DNA of 64,000 nucleotides, from NCBI GenBank assembly GCA_026981935.1, contig JALSIC010000052.1:2571-66570 (forward strand), given 5' to 3'. Positions 52,401 through 63,608 of the stretch are shown here, in pieces; position 1 is the stretch's first letter; each line of letters starts with the position of its first letter. Under the pieces are notes generated by a model that saw only the letters and a program-made list of their open reading frames with translations, searched no databases and had not been told where the DNA came from. Source of the DNA: Gammaproteobacteria bacterium. Its GTDB lineage: Bacteria; Pseudomonadota; Gammaproteobacteria; SZUA-140. Position numbers and translations under genes: made by a program.

Positions 52401-53072
52401 CTATCCATCATCCCCCGATACCGCGCCGTAGCGCGCCTGGTAGGCGCGCACCTTTTCCAGATGCGCGGCCAGGTCCGGTTTTTCCTCCAGATAGTGGATC
52501 AGCGTATCCAGGCCGGCGATGCTCACCACGGGCACACCGAAGGCTTCCTCGATTTCCTGGACGGCGGATCGCGTGCCGGTACCCCGTTCCTGGCGGTCCA
52601 GCGAGATGGCGACCCCTGCCAGGCAGGCGCCCGCGGTCTCGATGAGGGCGGCGGATTCGCGTACCGAGGTACCGGCGGAAATCACATCGTCGATCACCAG
52701 CACCCGGCCTTGCAGCGGCGCGCCCACGATGATGCCGCCCTCGCCGTGGCGCTTGGCTTCCTTGCGGTTGAAGGCATAGGGCAGATTGCGGCCGTGATGC
52801 TCCTGCAGGGCGATGGCGGCGGCCACTGCCAGAGGGATGCCCTTGTAGGCGGGACCGAAAAGCATGTCGAATTGCAGGCCGGCCTTTTTCTCCGCCTCCA
52901 CGATGGCGGCGGCATAGTAACGGCCCAGCAGGGCCGCGGCGCGTCCGTCGTTGAAGCGGCCGCTGTTGAAGAAATAAGGGCTGACCCGCCCCGACTTGAG
53001 TGTGAACTCGCCGAAGCGCAGCACCTCGTATGCCAGGGCGAGATCCAGGAATTCGCGCTGATAGTCTTTCAT
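52401..53072 (-). CDS. pyrE: Orotate phosphoribosyltransferase
   Basis: [38 protein letters not shown]...[13 protein letters not shown] (PRPP-binding motif) is collinear with E. coli PyrE. Confidence 0.95.
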   Translation of the reverse strand: MKDYQREFLDLALAYEVLRFGEFTLKSGRVSPYFFNSGRFNDGRAAALLGRYYAAAIVEAEKKAGLQFDMLFGPAYKGIPLAVAAAIALQEHHGRNLPYAFNRKEAKRHGEGGIIVGAPLQGRVLVIDDVISAGTSVRESAALIETAGACLAGVAISLDRQERGTGTRSAVQEIEEAFGVPVVSIAGLDTLIHYLEEKPDLAAHLEKVRAYQARYGAVSGDDG

Positions 53073-53153
53073 GATTCCTTCCAGGCCATGGGAGAAGGCC
53101 GCATTGTAACGGGCAGGACGTTTCGGCGGAACCGGGTCGATGATAAGCAGCCC

Positions 53154-54065
53154 TCAACGCTCTGTCCTCTGTCCTCTGTCCTCTGTCCTCTGTTCCACCA
53201 GCCCCAGCAGATATTGCCCGTAGCCGTTGTTCTGCATGGGCTCGGCGAGGCGACGGACCTGGGCCGCATCGATGTAGCCCATGCGATAGGCGATTTCTTC
53301 GGGGCAGGCGATCTTGAGCCCCTGGCGTTGTTCGATGATCTCGATGAAGGCGGCGGCCTGTTGCAGGGACTCGTGGGTGCCGGTGTCCAGCCAGGCCGTG
53401 CCGCGGCCCATGCGTTCGACGCGGAGCTGGCCTCGCGCCAGGTAGGCGAGGTTGACGTCCGTGATTTCCAGCTCGCCGCGTGCCGAAGGCGTGAGGCGGC
53501 GGGCGATGTCCACGACCTGGTTGTCATAGAAATAGAGTCCCGTGACGGCGTAATGGGAGCGGGGCCTGGCCGGTTTTTCCTCCAGGCCCACGGCCTGGCC
53601 CGCGGCATCGAATTCCACCACGCCGTAGCGTTCCGGGTTCTTGACGTAATAGCCGAATATGGTCGCCCCTTTTTCGTGTGCCGCCGCGGCCTGCAGGCTG
53701 CGAGCCAGTCCGTGGCCATAGAAGATGTTGTCCCCCAGCACCAGGGTGACGGGGTCCGGGCCGATGAAGTCGGCACCGATGAGAAAGGCTTCGGCCAGGC
53801 CGTTGGGCCGGGGTTGCGGGGCATAGTGAAACGCCAGTCCCCACTGCCTGCCATCGCCCAGCAGCTCGCGAAAGCGCGGCAGGTCCTGGGGCGTGGAGAT
53901 GACGAGAATATCGCGGATGCCCGCCAGCATGAGCGTGGAGAGGGGGTAATAGATCATGGGCTTGTCGTACACCGGCAGGAGCTGCTTGCTCAGCACCCGG
54001 GTGAGGGGGTAGAGGCGGGTGCCCGAGCCCCCGGCCAGGATGATGCCCTTGCGCGTGGCGCTCAT
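53154..54065 (-). CDS. rfbA: Glucose-1-phosphate thymidylyltransferase RmlA/RfbA (C-terminal tail encoded by a 7-bp tandem repeat)
   Basis: [56 protein letters not shown]... The C-terminal ...[13 protein letters not shown] is encoded on the minus strand by GGACAGA units (CTCTGTC on the plus strand). Confidence 0.93.
   Translation of the reverse strand: MSATRKGIILAGGSGTRLYPLTRVLSKQLLPVYDKPMIYYPLSTLMLAGIRDILVISTPQDLPRFRELLGDGRQWGLAFHYAPQPRPNGLAEAFLIGADFIGPDPVTLVLGDNIFYGHGLARSLQAAAAHEKGATIFGYYVKNPERYGVVEFDAAGQAVGLEEKPARPRSHYAVTGLYFYDNQVVDIARRLTPSARGELEITDVNLAYLARGQLRVERMGRGTAWLDTGTHESLQQAAAFIEIIEQRQGLKIACPEEIAYRMGYIDAAQVRRLAEPMQNNGYGQYLLGLVEQRTEDRGQRTER
53159..53188. repeat. 7-bp tandem repeat (CTCTGTC on plus / GGACAGA on minus, >=3-4 units then CTCTGTT) inside the 3' end of rfbA
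   Basis: The read sequence is GCTCTGTCCTCTGTCCTCTGTCCTCTGTTCC. My manual count (3 full units) and the frame implied by the ORF-track translation (4 units) differ by one unit, so the copy number should be recounted computationally. Confidence 0.7.
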
Positions 54066-55177
54066 TGTCGGCCCTCGCCTGCCCGGTGTTTTTTCCCGAG
54101 TCCCAGGCGCTCGCCCCGGTAGGCGCCGGATGTGACGCGTTCACACCAGTCGCGGTGGTCCAGGTACCATTGCACGGTCTTGCGCAGACCGCTGTCGAAG
54201 GTTTCTTCCGGGCGCCAGCCCAGCTCGCGCTGGATCTTGCCGGCATCGATGGCATAACGCCGGTCATGGCCGGGACGGTCGGTCACAAAGCGGATCAGGC
54301 GCCGGTAGGGGCCCGCCGGGTCGGGGGCCAGTTCGTCCAGCAGGGTGCAGAGTGTGGTGACCACGGTGAGGTTGGTCTGCTCGTTGTGGCCGCCGATGTT
54401 GTACACCTCGCCCGGGCGTCCCGCCGCGAGTACCCGGCAGATGGCCCGGCAGTGGTCGATGACATAGAGCCAGTCGCGGACATGGCCGCCGTCGCCGTAG
54501 ACGGGCAGGGGTTTTCCCGCCAGGGCGCTGAGTATGGTGAGGGGGATGAGCTTTTCCGGAAACTGGTAAGGCCCGTAGTTGTTGGAGCAGTTGGTGGTCA
54601 GCACCGGCAGGCCGTAGGTATGGAAATAGGCCCGTACCAGATGATCGGAAGCGGCCTTGGAGGCGGCGTAGGGCGAGTTGGGGGCATAGGCTGTCTGTTC
54701 GGTGAAATAGCCCGTTTCCCCCAGGCTGCCGTAGACCTCGTCGGTGGAGACGTGGAGAAAGCGGAAACGCGCCTGTTCTTCCGGCGGCAGGCCTTCCCAG
54801 TGAGCGCGCGCCGCCTCCAGCAGTTCGAAGGTGCCCACGACATTGGTGTGGATGAAATCCCCGGGCGCGTCGATGGAGCGGTCCACGTGGGATTCGGCGG
54901 CGAAATGGATGATGGCGCAAGGACGGTGTTCCGCCAGGAGGCAGCGCACCAGGGCCCGGTCACGGATGTCACCGCGGACGAAAACATGACGGGGGTCTTC
55001 CAGTACCGGTGCCAGCGTGTCCAGATTGCCGGCATAGGTCAGGGCGTCCAGGTTGACGACCTGGATGTCGGCCTCCCGCTGGAGCAGGTCCAGGACGAAA
55101 TTGGCGCCGATGAAACCGGCGCCGCCGGTGACCAGGAGCGTCCGGTCTCCAGGCTTGCGTTCAGGGGTGAAAGACAT
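54062..55177 (-). CDS. rfbB: dTDP-glucose 4,6-dehydratase RmlB/RfbB
   Basis: [15 protein letters not shown]...[49 protein letters not shown] (catalytic YxxxK). Overlaps the rfbA start by 4 nt. Confidence 0.93.
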   Translation of the reverse strand: MSFTPERKPGDRTLLVTGGAGFIGANFVLDLLQREADIQVVNLDALTYAGNLDTLAPVLEDPRHVFVRGDIRDRALVRCLLAEHRPCAIIHFAAESHVDRSIDAPGDFIHTNVVGTFELLEAARAHWEGLPPEEQARFRFLHVSTDEVYGSLGETGYFTEQTAYAPNSPYAASKAASDHLVRAYFHTYGLPVLTTNCSNNYGPYQFPEKLIPLTILSALAGKPLPVYGDGGHVRDWLYVIDHCRAICRVLAAGRPGEVYNIGGHNEQTNLTVVTTLCTLLDELAPDPAGPYRRLIRFVTDRPGHDRRYAIDAGKIQRELGWRPEETFDSGLRKTVQWYLDHRDWCERVTSGAYRGERLGLGKKHRAGEGRQ

Positions 55178-55402
55178 GGATCGGGAGAGGGCGTGGATTC
55201 TTCAGGAAGGGGCGATACCGTCCCATAGTCTCTGCGCCTGATCGTTCCCTGGATAGGGTCTGAAATCTGTCCTGGGTTGCCAGGGGGCATATGGACGCCC
55301 GTGAGATATTGGAGAAGAATCCAGCCATTTTGCAATTTCCAGGAAGAAACGATATCATCACCGGTTCTTTGCTGCAATCCAAGCCTACAGAGAGTCAGAT
55401 TT

Positions 55403-55621
55403 ATGCCGCATGTACGTTTGAGAGAAAACGAGCCCTTTGAAGTTGCCCTGCGGCGCTTCAAGCGCATCTGCGAGAAGACCGGCGTGCTGTCCGAGATCCG
55501 CCGGCGTGAGTATTATGAAAAGCCCACCGCGGTGCGCAAGCGCAAGCAGGCGGCCGCCATCAAGCGCCAGCAGAAGCGCACCATGATGGAGAAGAACCGC
55601 CTGTTGCGGGCCCATTATTGA
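55403..55621 (+). CDS. rpsU: 30S ribosomal protein S21
   Basis: [59 protein letters not shown]. The track ORF from 55277 is rejected. Confidence 0.95.
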   Translation: MPHVRLRENEPFEVALRRFKRICEKTGVLSEIRRREYYEKPTAVRKRKQAAAIKRQQKRTMMEKNRLLRAHY

Positions 55622-55648
55622 TTCAAGTTTGTTTGTTCGCGCAGAGGT

Positions 55649-55720
55649 GGATCCCGGTAGCCGGACCCCGGTAGCCGGATCCCAGTAGCCGGATCCCAGT
55701 AGCCGGATCCCAGTAGCCGG
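55649..55720 (+). repeat. 14-bp tandem repeat x5 (GGATCCCGGTAGCC / GGACCCCGGTAGCC / GGATCCCAGTAGCC x3) between rpsU and the yqeY-like gene
   Basis: Five contiguous units starting 28 nt after the rpsU stop and ending ~23 nt before the next ATG. Confidence 0.85.
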
Positions 55721-55742
55721 ACAGGGGCCGGAACCCCGAGAG

Positions 55743-56192
55743 ATGGCAGAACAGCTCAAACAACGCATCCAGGACGACATGAAGGCCGCCATGCGGGCCA
55801 AGGACAGCCAGCGCCTGGGCGTGATCCGCATGATCATGGCGGCCATCAAGCAGCGCGAAGTGGATGAGCGCCACACCCTCGACGACAGCCAGATCCTGGC
55901 GGTGCTGGACAAGATGCTCAAGCAGCGCCGCGATGCCCTGGCCCAGTTTCAGGCCGCCGGGCGCGAGGATCTGGTGGCCAGGGAGTCCTTCGAAATCGAA
56001 CTCCTCCAGCGCTATCTGCCCCCGCCTCTGAGCGAGGCGGAACTGGATGCGCTCATCGACGAGGCCATCCGGAGCGCGGGTGCCAGCGGTCCCCGTGACA
56101 TGGGCAAGGTGATGGGGCAGCTCAAGCCCCGCATCCAGGGGCGCGCCGATATGGGCGCCGTGAGCGCCCGCGTGAAGCAGCGCCTGGGGTAG
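55743..56192 (+). CDS. GatB/YqeY-domain protein
   Basis: MAEQLKQRIQDDMKAAMRAKDSQRLGVIRMIMAAIKQREVDE...MGKVMGQLKPRIQGRADMGAVSARVKQRL. Sits between rpsU and dnaG, as in Pseudomonas. Confidence 0.88.
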   Translation: MAEQLKQRIQDDMKAAMRAKDSQRLGVIRMIMAAIKQREVDERHTLDDSQILAVLDKMLKQRRDALAQFQAAGREDLVARESFEIELLQRYLPPPLSEAELDALIDEAIRSAGASGPRDMGKVMGQLKPRIQGRADMGAVSARVKQRLG

Positions 56193-56259
56193 ACCGGACG
56201 ACAGGTTTCAGGTATCGGATGTCAGATGTCATGACGACTTCTGATATCTGAACGCTGTA

Positions 56260-58002
56260 ATGGCCGGCCGCATTCCCCAGCAGTTCATCGACGATCTCAT
56301 CAGCCGCGTCGATATCGTCGAAGTGATCGACGCCCGCATCCCCTTGCGCAAGGCGGGTCGGGAGTATGTGGCGCGCTGCCCTTTCCACGATGAAAAGACC
56401 CCCTCTTTCACCGTCAGTCCCGAAAAGCAGTTCTATCATTGTTTTGGTTGCGGTGCCCACGGCACTGCCATCGGGTTTCTCATGGCCTACGAGCACATGG
56501 AATTTCCCGAAGCCGTGGAGATGCTGGCGGCCCGCGTGGGACTGGAGGTGCCGCACAGCCAGGCTGCGGCGCCGGCGCGCAGCGGGCCCGACCTCTATGG
56601 CGTGCTCCAGGCGGCTGCGGACTGGTACCGACGCCAGCTTCGCGAGCACCCGGGGCGCGAGGCGGCCGTCGCCTATCTCAAGCGTCGGGGCGTGCGTGGC
56701 GAGATCGCAGCCGAGTTCGGCCTGGGTTATGCGCCCCCCGGCTGGGATCACCTGCTTCCGGCACTCGGCGCCCCGCACAGGCCCGCCCTGCTCGCGGCCG
56801 GCCTGCTGATCGAAAAGGAGAGCGGCGGGCACTACGATCGCTTTCGCGAGCGCATCATGTTTCCTATCCGGGATCAGAGAGGCCGGGTGATCGCCTTCGG
56901 CGGGCGGGTGCTGGGAGAGGGGACACCCAAATATCTCAACTCACCGGAGACGCCGGTTTTTCACAAGGGGCGCGAACTCTATGGCCTCTACGAGGCGCGT
57001 CAGGCCGTGCGCCACCTTGAGAGGCTGCTCGTGGTGGAGGGCTACATGGATGTGATCATGCTGGCCTGTCACGGCATTCGCTATGCCTGTGCCACCCTGG
57101 GCACGGCCACCACCACGACGCATATCCAGCGCCTTTTCCGGCTGGTGCCCGAGGTCGTGTTCTGTTTCGACGGCGACCGTGCCGGGCGGGAGGCGGCCTG
57201 GCGTGCCCTTGAGAATGCCCTGCCCTTGATGGGGGAAGGGCGCCAGGCCCGTTTCATGTTCCTGCCCGAAGGCGAGGACCCGGATAGCGTGGTGCGTCGG
57301 GAAAATCAAGCAGGTTTCGAGGTGCGGATTGCCAACGCCGTCACACTTTCCGCCTTTTTCTATGACCATCTCTGCGCCCAGGTCGATATAAGCAGTATCG
57401 ACGGACGGGCGCGGCTGGTGGAACTTGCCCGGCCCTATTTGTCTAAATTACCCCGCGGGGTCTTCCGGCACATGATGACCCAGCGCCTCGCGGAGCTGGC
57501 GCGCATGGAGGGCACGGCCCTTGCCGCCCTGCTGGAAGGAAAGGAGGCCGAAGGGCGGGGCGGCGCGGCAGCGGGACCGGCATCATCGCAGCGGGGCCGG
57601 GAACTGTCCCTGGTGCGACGCGCCATCACGCTGCTGCTGCATCAGCCGGGTCTGGCAGCAGACGCGGGCGATCCGGGGCGTTTCCGCGCCCTGGATCAGC
57701 CGGGCATGGAATTGTTGATCGAAATGCTTGAATTATTGCAGAAAAACCCTCATTTCAACACGGGAACCCTGCTGGAGCATTGGCGGGAGCACCGCTACGG
57801 CAAGCACCTGGCACGGCTCGCCCAAGCGCCCGAGCCCCTGGGGGCGGCCGAGGTGGCACGGGAATTCACGGATGTTTTGCGCGGGCTGGACCGCCAGCGC
57901 CTGAGCCGGGAGATCGAGATCCTCTCGGCCAAGGCCGACCTGGACACCGCGGGCAAACAACGGCTCAGGGCGCTGCTGGAGGAAAAAAAGAATTTCGACT
58001 GA
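56260..58002 (+). CDS. dnaG: DNA primase
   Basis: Zinc ribbon CPFHDEKTPSFTVSPEKQFYHCFGCGAHG; TOPRIM (VVEGYMDVIMLACHG...FDGDRAGREAA). Confidence 0.96.
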   Translation: MAGRIPQQFIDDLISRVDIVEVIDARIPLRKAGREYVARCPFHDEKTPSFTVSPEKQFYHCFGCGAHGTAIGFLMAYEHMEFPEAVEMLAARVGLEVPHSQAAAPARSGPDLYGVLQAAADWYRRQLREHPGREAAVAYLKRRGVRGEIAAEFGLGYAPPGWDHLLPALGAPHRPALLAAGLLIEKESGGHYDRFRERIMFPIRDQRGRVIAFGGRVLGEGTPKYLNSPETPVFHKGRELYGLYEARQAVRHLERLLVVEGYMDVIMLACHGIRYACATLGTATTTTHIQRLFRLVPEVVFCFDGDRAGREAAWRALENALPLMGEGRQARFMFLPEGEDPDSVVRRENQAGFEVRIANAVTLSAFFYDHLCAQVDISSIDGRARLVELARPYLSKLPRGVFRHMMTQRLAELARMEGTALAALLEGKEAEGRGGAAAGPASSQRGRELSLVRRAITLLLHQPGLAADAGDPGRFRALDQPGMELLIEMLELLQKNPHFNTGTLLEHWREHRYGKHLARLAQAPEPLGAAEVAREFTDVLRGLDRQRLSREIEILSAKADLDTAGKQRLRALLEEKKNFD

Positions 58003-58095
58003 CGGCCGCTATACAGGGTTCACAAGTCCCGCCGGCCTGATATAGAATGACCAGTTATTTTTTTGGAATGAACCGCTTAAGGGGTAGGAAGGTAA

Positions 58096-59901
<1,806 letters not shown>

Positions 59902-59910
59902 TGCCAACAA

Positions 59911-59948
59911 GCACGCGGCCCCCACTGCGGGGGCCGCGTGCTTGCTTG
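59911..59948 (+). terminator. Rho-independent terminator after rpoD
   Basis: GCACGCGGCCCCC-ACTG-CGGGGGCCGCGTGC followed by TTGCTTG. Confidence 0.75.
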
Positions 59949-60022
59949 CGCCTTGATCACCGGCTTAGCCTGCCCGCTTGCTAGCCCCTGGTGGAAAACT
60001 GCTAGAATAGCCCCTGCTTTCA

Positions 60023-60099
<77 letters not shown>

Positions 60100-60158
60100 T
60101 CTTGCTGATCTATTGTTTCCTGCATCCCCTGATCAATCCTGTCCACAAGGCGCGGGGA

Positions 60159-60434
60159 ATGGCCATGCCTGTCGGATCCTGCGGTGAGGTGGTATCGCTC
60201 ACGGACCTCAAGACCAATCCGGGCCGGGTGGTGAAACACACCGCCGAGACCCACCGGCCCGTGCTGGTCACCCGCCGCGGGCGGGGCGTGGCCGTGGTGC
60301 AGTCGGTAACGGAATTCGAGACCGCCGAGGAGGAGCGCGCCTTCATGCGCGCCGTGGTGGTGGGCCTGGCCGATCTGGATGCGGGACGCGAAGTCAGTCT
60401 GGCGGAGGCCCGGGCACGGCTCGGCCTGAAATAG
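60159..60434 (+). CDS. Phd/YefM-type antitoxin (apparently orphan: no cognate toxin downstream)
   Basis: VVSLTDLKTNPGRVVKHTAETHRPVLVTRRGRGVAVVQSVTEFETAEEE fits the Phd/YefM N-terminal fold pattern. The start at MAMPVGS (ATG 60159) is preferred over the track start at 60066. Only 73 bp follow before the convergent YgiT-type gene. Confidence 0.5.
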   Translation: MAMPVGSCGEVVSLTDLKTNPGRVVKHTAETHRPVLVTRRGRGVAVVQSVTEFETAEEERAFMRAVVVGLADLDAGREVSLAEARARLGLK

Positions 60435-60507
60435 CCCTGTGCCGACCCCGCCGTCACATAAGGTGGGTAGCGCCGGCCGCCCCAAGTTGAGGTCACAAAA
60501 TGTGATC

Positions 60508-60729
60508 TCAAGCCGCATAACGCAGGATTTCCAGCTCCGCCGATTCATCCACGCCCTTCAACATTTCTTCTACGCGCGACATGACCCGATCTTCCAGCAG
60601 ATACTCTCCGCATTGGCTGCATTGCAATACCGGGAGCTCCTTGAAGATGACGATGCGCCTGGCATCGAGCTTGAAGGGCAAATCGGATGTAGTGGCGACG
60701 AATTCACCCTCGCAAACGTGACATTTCAT
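60508..60729 (-). CDS. YgiT-type zinc-finger protein (MqsA-N-like), putative antitoxin partner of the upstream DUF4258 gene
   Basis: MKCHVCEGEFVATTSDLPFKLDARRIVIFKELPVLQCSQCGEYLLED: two CxxC pairs with YgiT-type spacing. ATGA overlap with the upstream DUF4258 ORF. Confidence 0.7.
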   Translation of the reverse strand: MKCHVCEGEFVATTSDLPFKLDARRIVIFKELPVLQCSQCGEYLLEDRVMSRVEEMLKGVDESAELEILRYAA

Positions 60730-61064
60730 GGCCTTTTTCTCCTCTTTAAATCGGCTTCCCAGGTCGAGGGATCGGGCCGATAGACAGTGATGATCCGCAC
60801 GTTGTCTTCCTCTTTGTCCAGTGCGAACAGTATGTGGATGATTTCCTCCTCATGCCTGGCATAAACTAGGCAACTGGGCAGATACCGGCTGGCTTGGCTC
60901 TCCGGGTAATGCTCCAGGATTTCATAGGTGGCCACGTTTTCCGTGACCATGTGCCGGCTGACCGCCCGTTGTTGCAGCCGAATGTTTGCATGATAGGTCC
61001 GGAACAGCTTGCCTTCCCGGACGTAGCGTTGGATAAATAACAAGTCAGAAGGCTGTTCATCCAT
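60726..61064 (-). CDS. DUF4258 domain protein (putative toxin of a DUF4258/YgiT pair)
   Basis: MDEQPSDLLFIQRYVREGKLFRTYHANIRLQQRAVSRHMVTENVATYEILEHYPESQASRYLPSCLVYARHEEEIIHILFALDKEEDNVRIITVYRPDPSTWEADLKRRKRP; start at the internal Met (track start 61145 rejected). Confidence 0.65.
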   Translation of the reverse strand: MDEQPSDLLFIQRYVREGKLFRTYHANIRLQQRAVSRHMVTENVATYEILEHYPESQASRYLPSCLVYARHEEEIIHILFALDKEEDNVRIITVYRPDPSTWEADLKRRKRP

Positions 61065-62149
61065 AAACCTGCTCTCCGAACCCCAGCTCCGCCAGATTCC
61101 TGGTGATGACCTCGTCCAGCCGCCGTGCCTCGGCCACCTGCTCACACCGCTGGGCGGTGAGCCGCTTCATCTTTTCATCAAAAGGTTCGCCGTCGTCTTC
61201 CTGCTTTTCCGTGCCCACGTAGCGATCAGGGGTGAGCGCGTGGCCGTGCTTGCGGATCTCACCCTCGCCGGACTGGTTGGAACTCATGGAGCCGTTGGCC
61301 AGCACGAAGCCGGCGGTGCCGGTGGGGGCCAGGTGGTGGATGATGTGCTGCACCCAGGCGAAGTTGGCGTTGCCCTTGGGCGGGGTGCCGTATTTCCAGC
61401 GGGGATCATCCTTCAGGCGCTCGTGCCCCAGTCGCTGACGTTGAAGGACGGATTGGCCAGGATGAATTCCACCGACTGTACGAACATGCCGGAGGAGCCG
61501 CAGCAGGGATCGTAAACCCGGCCCTGGTAGGGCTCCAGCATCTCCACCAGCAGCTTGACCACGCAGCGGGGCGTGTAGAACTCGCCGCCCTTTTTGCCCT
61601 CGGCGCTGGCGAACTGGGAGAGGAATACTCATAGACCCGGCCCAGCACGTCTTTGGAGCGGGCCTCCTCGTCGCTCCACCTTGATGTTGCTGATGAGGTC
61701 GATGAGCTGGCCCAGCCGCGTCTTGTCCAGCGCCGGGCGGGCGTAGTCCTTGGGCAGCACGCCTTGAGGCTGGGGTTGTCCCGCTCAATGGCGGACATGG
61801 CGTCGTCCACGAGCTGGCCGATGGTGGGCTGCCTGGCCTGTGACTTCAGGTGCGCCCAGCGCGCCTCGGGTGGCACCCAGAGGATGTTCTGGGCGCGGTA
61901 CTCGTCCGGATCCTCGGGGTCGGCGTCCTGGTCGCGCTCGGCCTCGAGCCGCGCGTGTGTCTCCTCGAAGGCGTCGGAGATGTACTTGAGGAAGATCAGC
62001 CCCAGGACGACGTGCTTGTACTCGGCCGCGTCCATGGAGCCGCGCAGGGCATCGGCCATCTGCCAGAGCTGGGCCTCGTAGCCGACGTTGGCGCCGTTGT
62101 TGGTCTTGCTTGCCGTTTTCTTCCTGGTCGTCTTCTTTTTTCCTGCCAT
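61057..62149 (-). pseudogene. hsdM: Decayed type I restriction-modification methyltransferase gene (hsdM): multiple frameshifts plus an internal deletion
   Basis: The N-terminal HsdM-N reading (MAGKKKT...[39 protein letters not shown]...[11 protein letters not shown]) breaks at CTCAAGG-CGTG (a G-run one shorter than needed). Frame is restored by an inserted A in AAGGTGGAGCGAC (...[16 protein letters not shown]), then lost again at TATTCC (a T-run one short). The C-terminal reading (..[86 protein letters not shown]...) is in a third frame. It jumps from the GEGEIRK motif straight to the (E)EIRKHGH..TPGRYVG tail, implying that ~100 codons were lost between two EIRK-encoding repeats. Confidence 0.8.
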
Positions 62150-62153
62150 GTCC

Positions 62154-62654
62154 TTAGCCGTTTGCCGCTGGTTTCAGTTGTTGCTGTTTTTCCCGCAAGT
62201 GGCTGAGGCTGCGCCACCGACCGGATTCGTTATCGTAATATTCCCAGAATTTCCAGCCGTTTGCCTGGTTTTTTGTGATGGCGCGGGCTGCCTTGGACGG
62301 GGAGTCGTAGGCCTTCTGGTTGAACCATACCTTGCCGCCCCGCACCTCGGCCTCGTAGTCGCGGGCCAGATAGTGAGCGCGCAGGCGGGTTCCGTTGGGG
62401 ATTCGACCGCCCCGGCAGTAGAGGAACCCGCTGGTCTCAGTCAATGGGCGTCTCACCATGGCCGGGGTGACATCCTCCATTTCCTGCTCGGCAACTTCCC
62501 CGTAGATCTCCCGCAAGGCCTCAAACTGCTCATCGGACATGGACACCAGATGGTAGGGCGTATTCCACAGGCCACGGGGTGTCAGGTCCTCGATGGCGGC
62601 GCCCATCTGGAGCAGGGGGGTGAGTCTGTTCTCGTGGAGGCAGATGATTTTCAT
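62154..62654 (-). CDS. Hypothetical protein upstream of the hsdM remnant (possible DUF4357-like C-terminal region)
   Basis: 166 aa. A good sigma-70 promoter (TTGACA-17-TATTCT) and AGGAG lie upstream. The C-terminal ...[37 protein letters not shown] resembles tails seen on R-M-associated GIY-YIG/DUF4357 proteins; family assignment is tentative. Confidence 0.4.
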   Translation of the reverse strand: MKIICLHENRLTPLLQMGAAIEDLTPRGLWNTPYHLVSMSDEQFEALREIYGEVAEQEMEDVTPAMVRRPLTETSGFLYCRGGRIPNGTRLRAHYLARDYEAEVRGGKVWFNQKAYDSPSKAARAITKNQANGWKFWEYYDNESGRWRSLSHLREKQQQLKPAANG

Positions 62655-63344
62655 AGCAACTCATGAAGCGAAAAACTCCTATTTAGAGAATAAGAGCGCA
62701 CAAGGTCGCTGTCAAGGTCCGATGTGGGAACCTGATGCTGCATTCAAATATTAGAAACAAATACAGAAAAATGGGATTTCGGCAAGGATACCCATACAAC
62801 GTATGCCGAGGCGACGAATGCGTTGGCGGGATTCAGGCTGTCGGGTGTTTTCCAGTCTATATCATCAGTTCCGTGTCTCGAATACTGGCTTCTTCTGCAT
62901 TTCACATACACCACCCGGCCATATAATCCCTCTGGCGGGAGGAGTGCTTGTGATTGCCTGATCGGCGAGCTGCGAAACTATATGCCCGGGCCTACCATCT
63001 CGATGAGTTGTTGCAGAAACTGCTGGCCAACCCACGATCGACATCCTCGATGCCGCTAATACTGGTGGGGATCGCCAGGACTTCCTGAAGCGCAGGGACT
63101 TTCGACAGAATATCCAGGTTGGCGCGCTGCATTGCGCCTCGGGGTACCGGGTACGCCGTGCGGCGTTCTCGGCAACGACCCGCCCAGCCCCAGCAAGCTG
63201 GAAGCTGTATGCTGGGGTATAAAGTCATTCGCGGCCCTAAAGCTGGGTGTTCTTTCGCTAGTGATCCTTGGTGAAGCGTTATTATTTGGACAGGATTACA
63301 CTTATGTGCCACACTATACAGTCATATGGCATGAGGTTACTCTG

Positions 63345-63608
63345 ATGGCATCATCTGACAATGAGGTACAGGTCGGCGCCCAGGGCCGGGTGGTCATCCC
63401 GGCGGCGTTGCGCAAGGCCTTGAAATTAAAGCCCGGAGACCGGCTGGTGGCCCGAAAGGTCGGTGAGAGCCTGGTACTTGAGCGCCGGGAGACCGTGGAG
63501 AAGCGGTTGCGCGAGCGGTTTCGGCACATACCCGGGGACGTCAGTCTGGTGGATGAGCTGATCGCTGAGCGACGGGCCGAGGCGGCTGGTGAGGACGGGG
63601 CCCCGTGA
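63345..63608 (+). CDS. vapB: AbrB/MazE/SpoVT-type antitoxin VapB
   Basis: MASSDNEVQVGAQGRVVIPAALRKALKLKPGDRLVARKVGESLVLE shows the SpoVT/AbrB swapped-hairpin motif. GAGGT lies 9 nt upstream of the ATG at 63345. The track ORF from 63132 is rejected. Confidence 0.8.
   Translation: MASSDNEVQVGAQGRVVIPAALRKALKLKPGDRLVARKVGESLVLERRETVEKRLRERFRHIPGDVSLVDELIAERRAEAAGEDGAP

Noticed and set aside
60439-60783. Plus-strand 114-aa ORF as the missing toxin partner of the Phd-like antitoxin
   Set aside because: It is antisense to the well-supported YgiT-type and DUF4258 genes and has no RelE/ParE/Doc features.
62992-63312. 106-aa minus-strand ORF in the lower-GC spacer before vapB
   Set aside because: No motif or RBS. 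The region looks like decayed, non-coding island DNA. Only the tail (...ILSKVPALQEVLAIPTSISGIEDVDRGL) is faintly protein-like, possibly a gene fragment, and is not enough to call.
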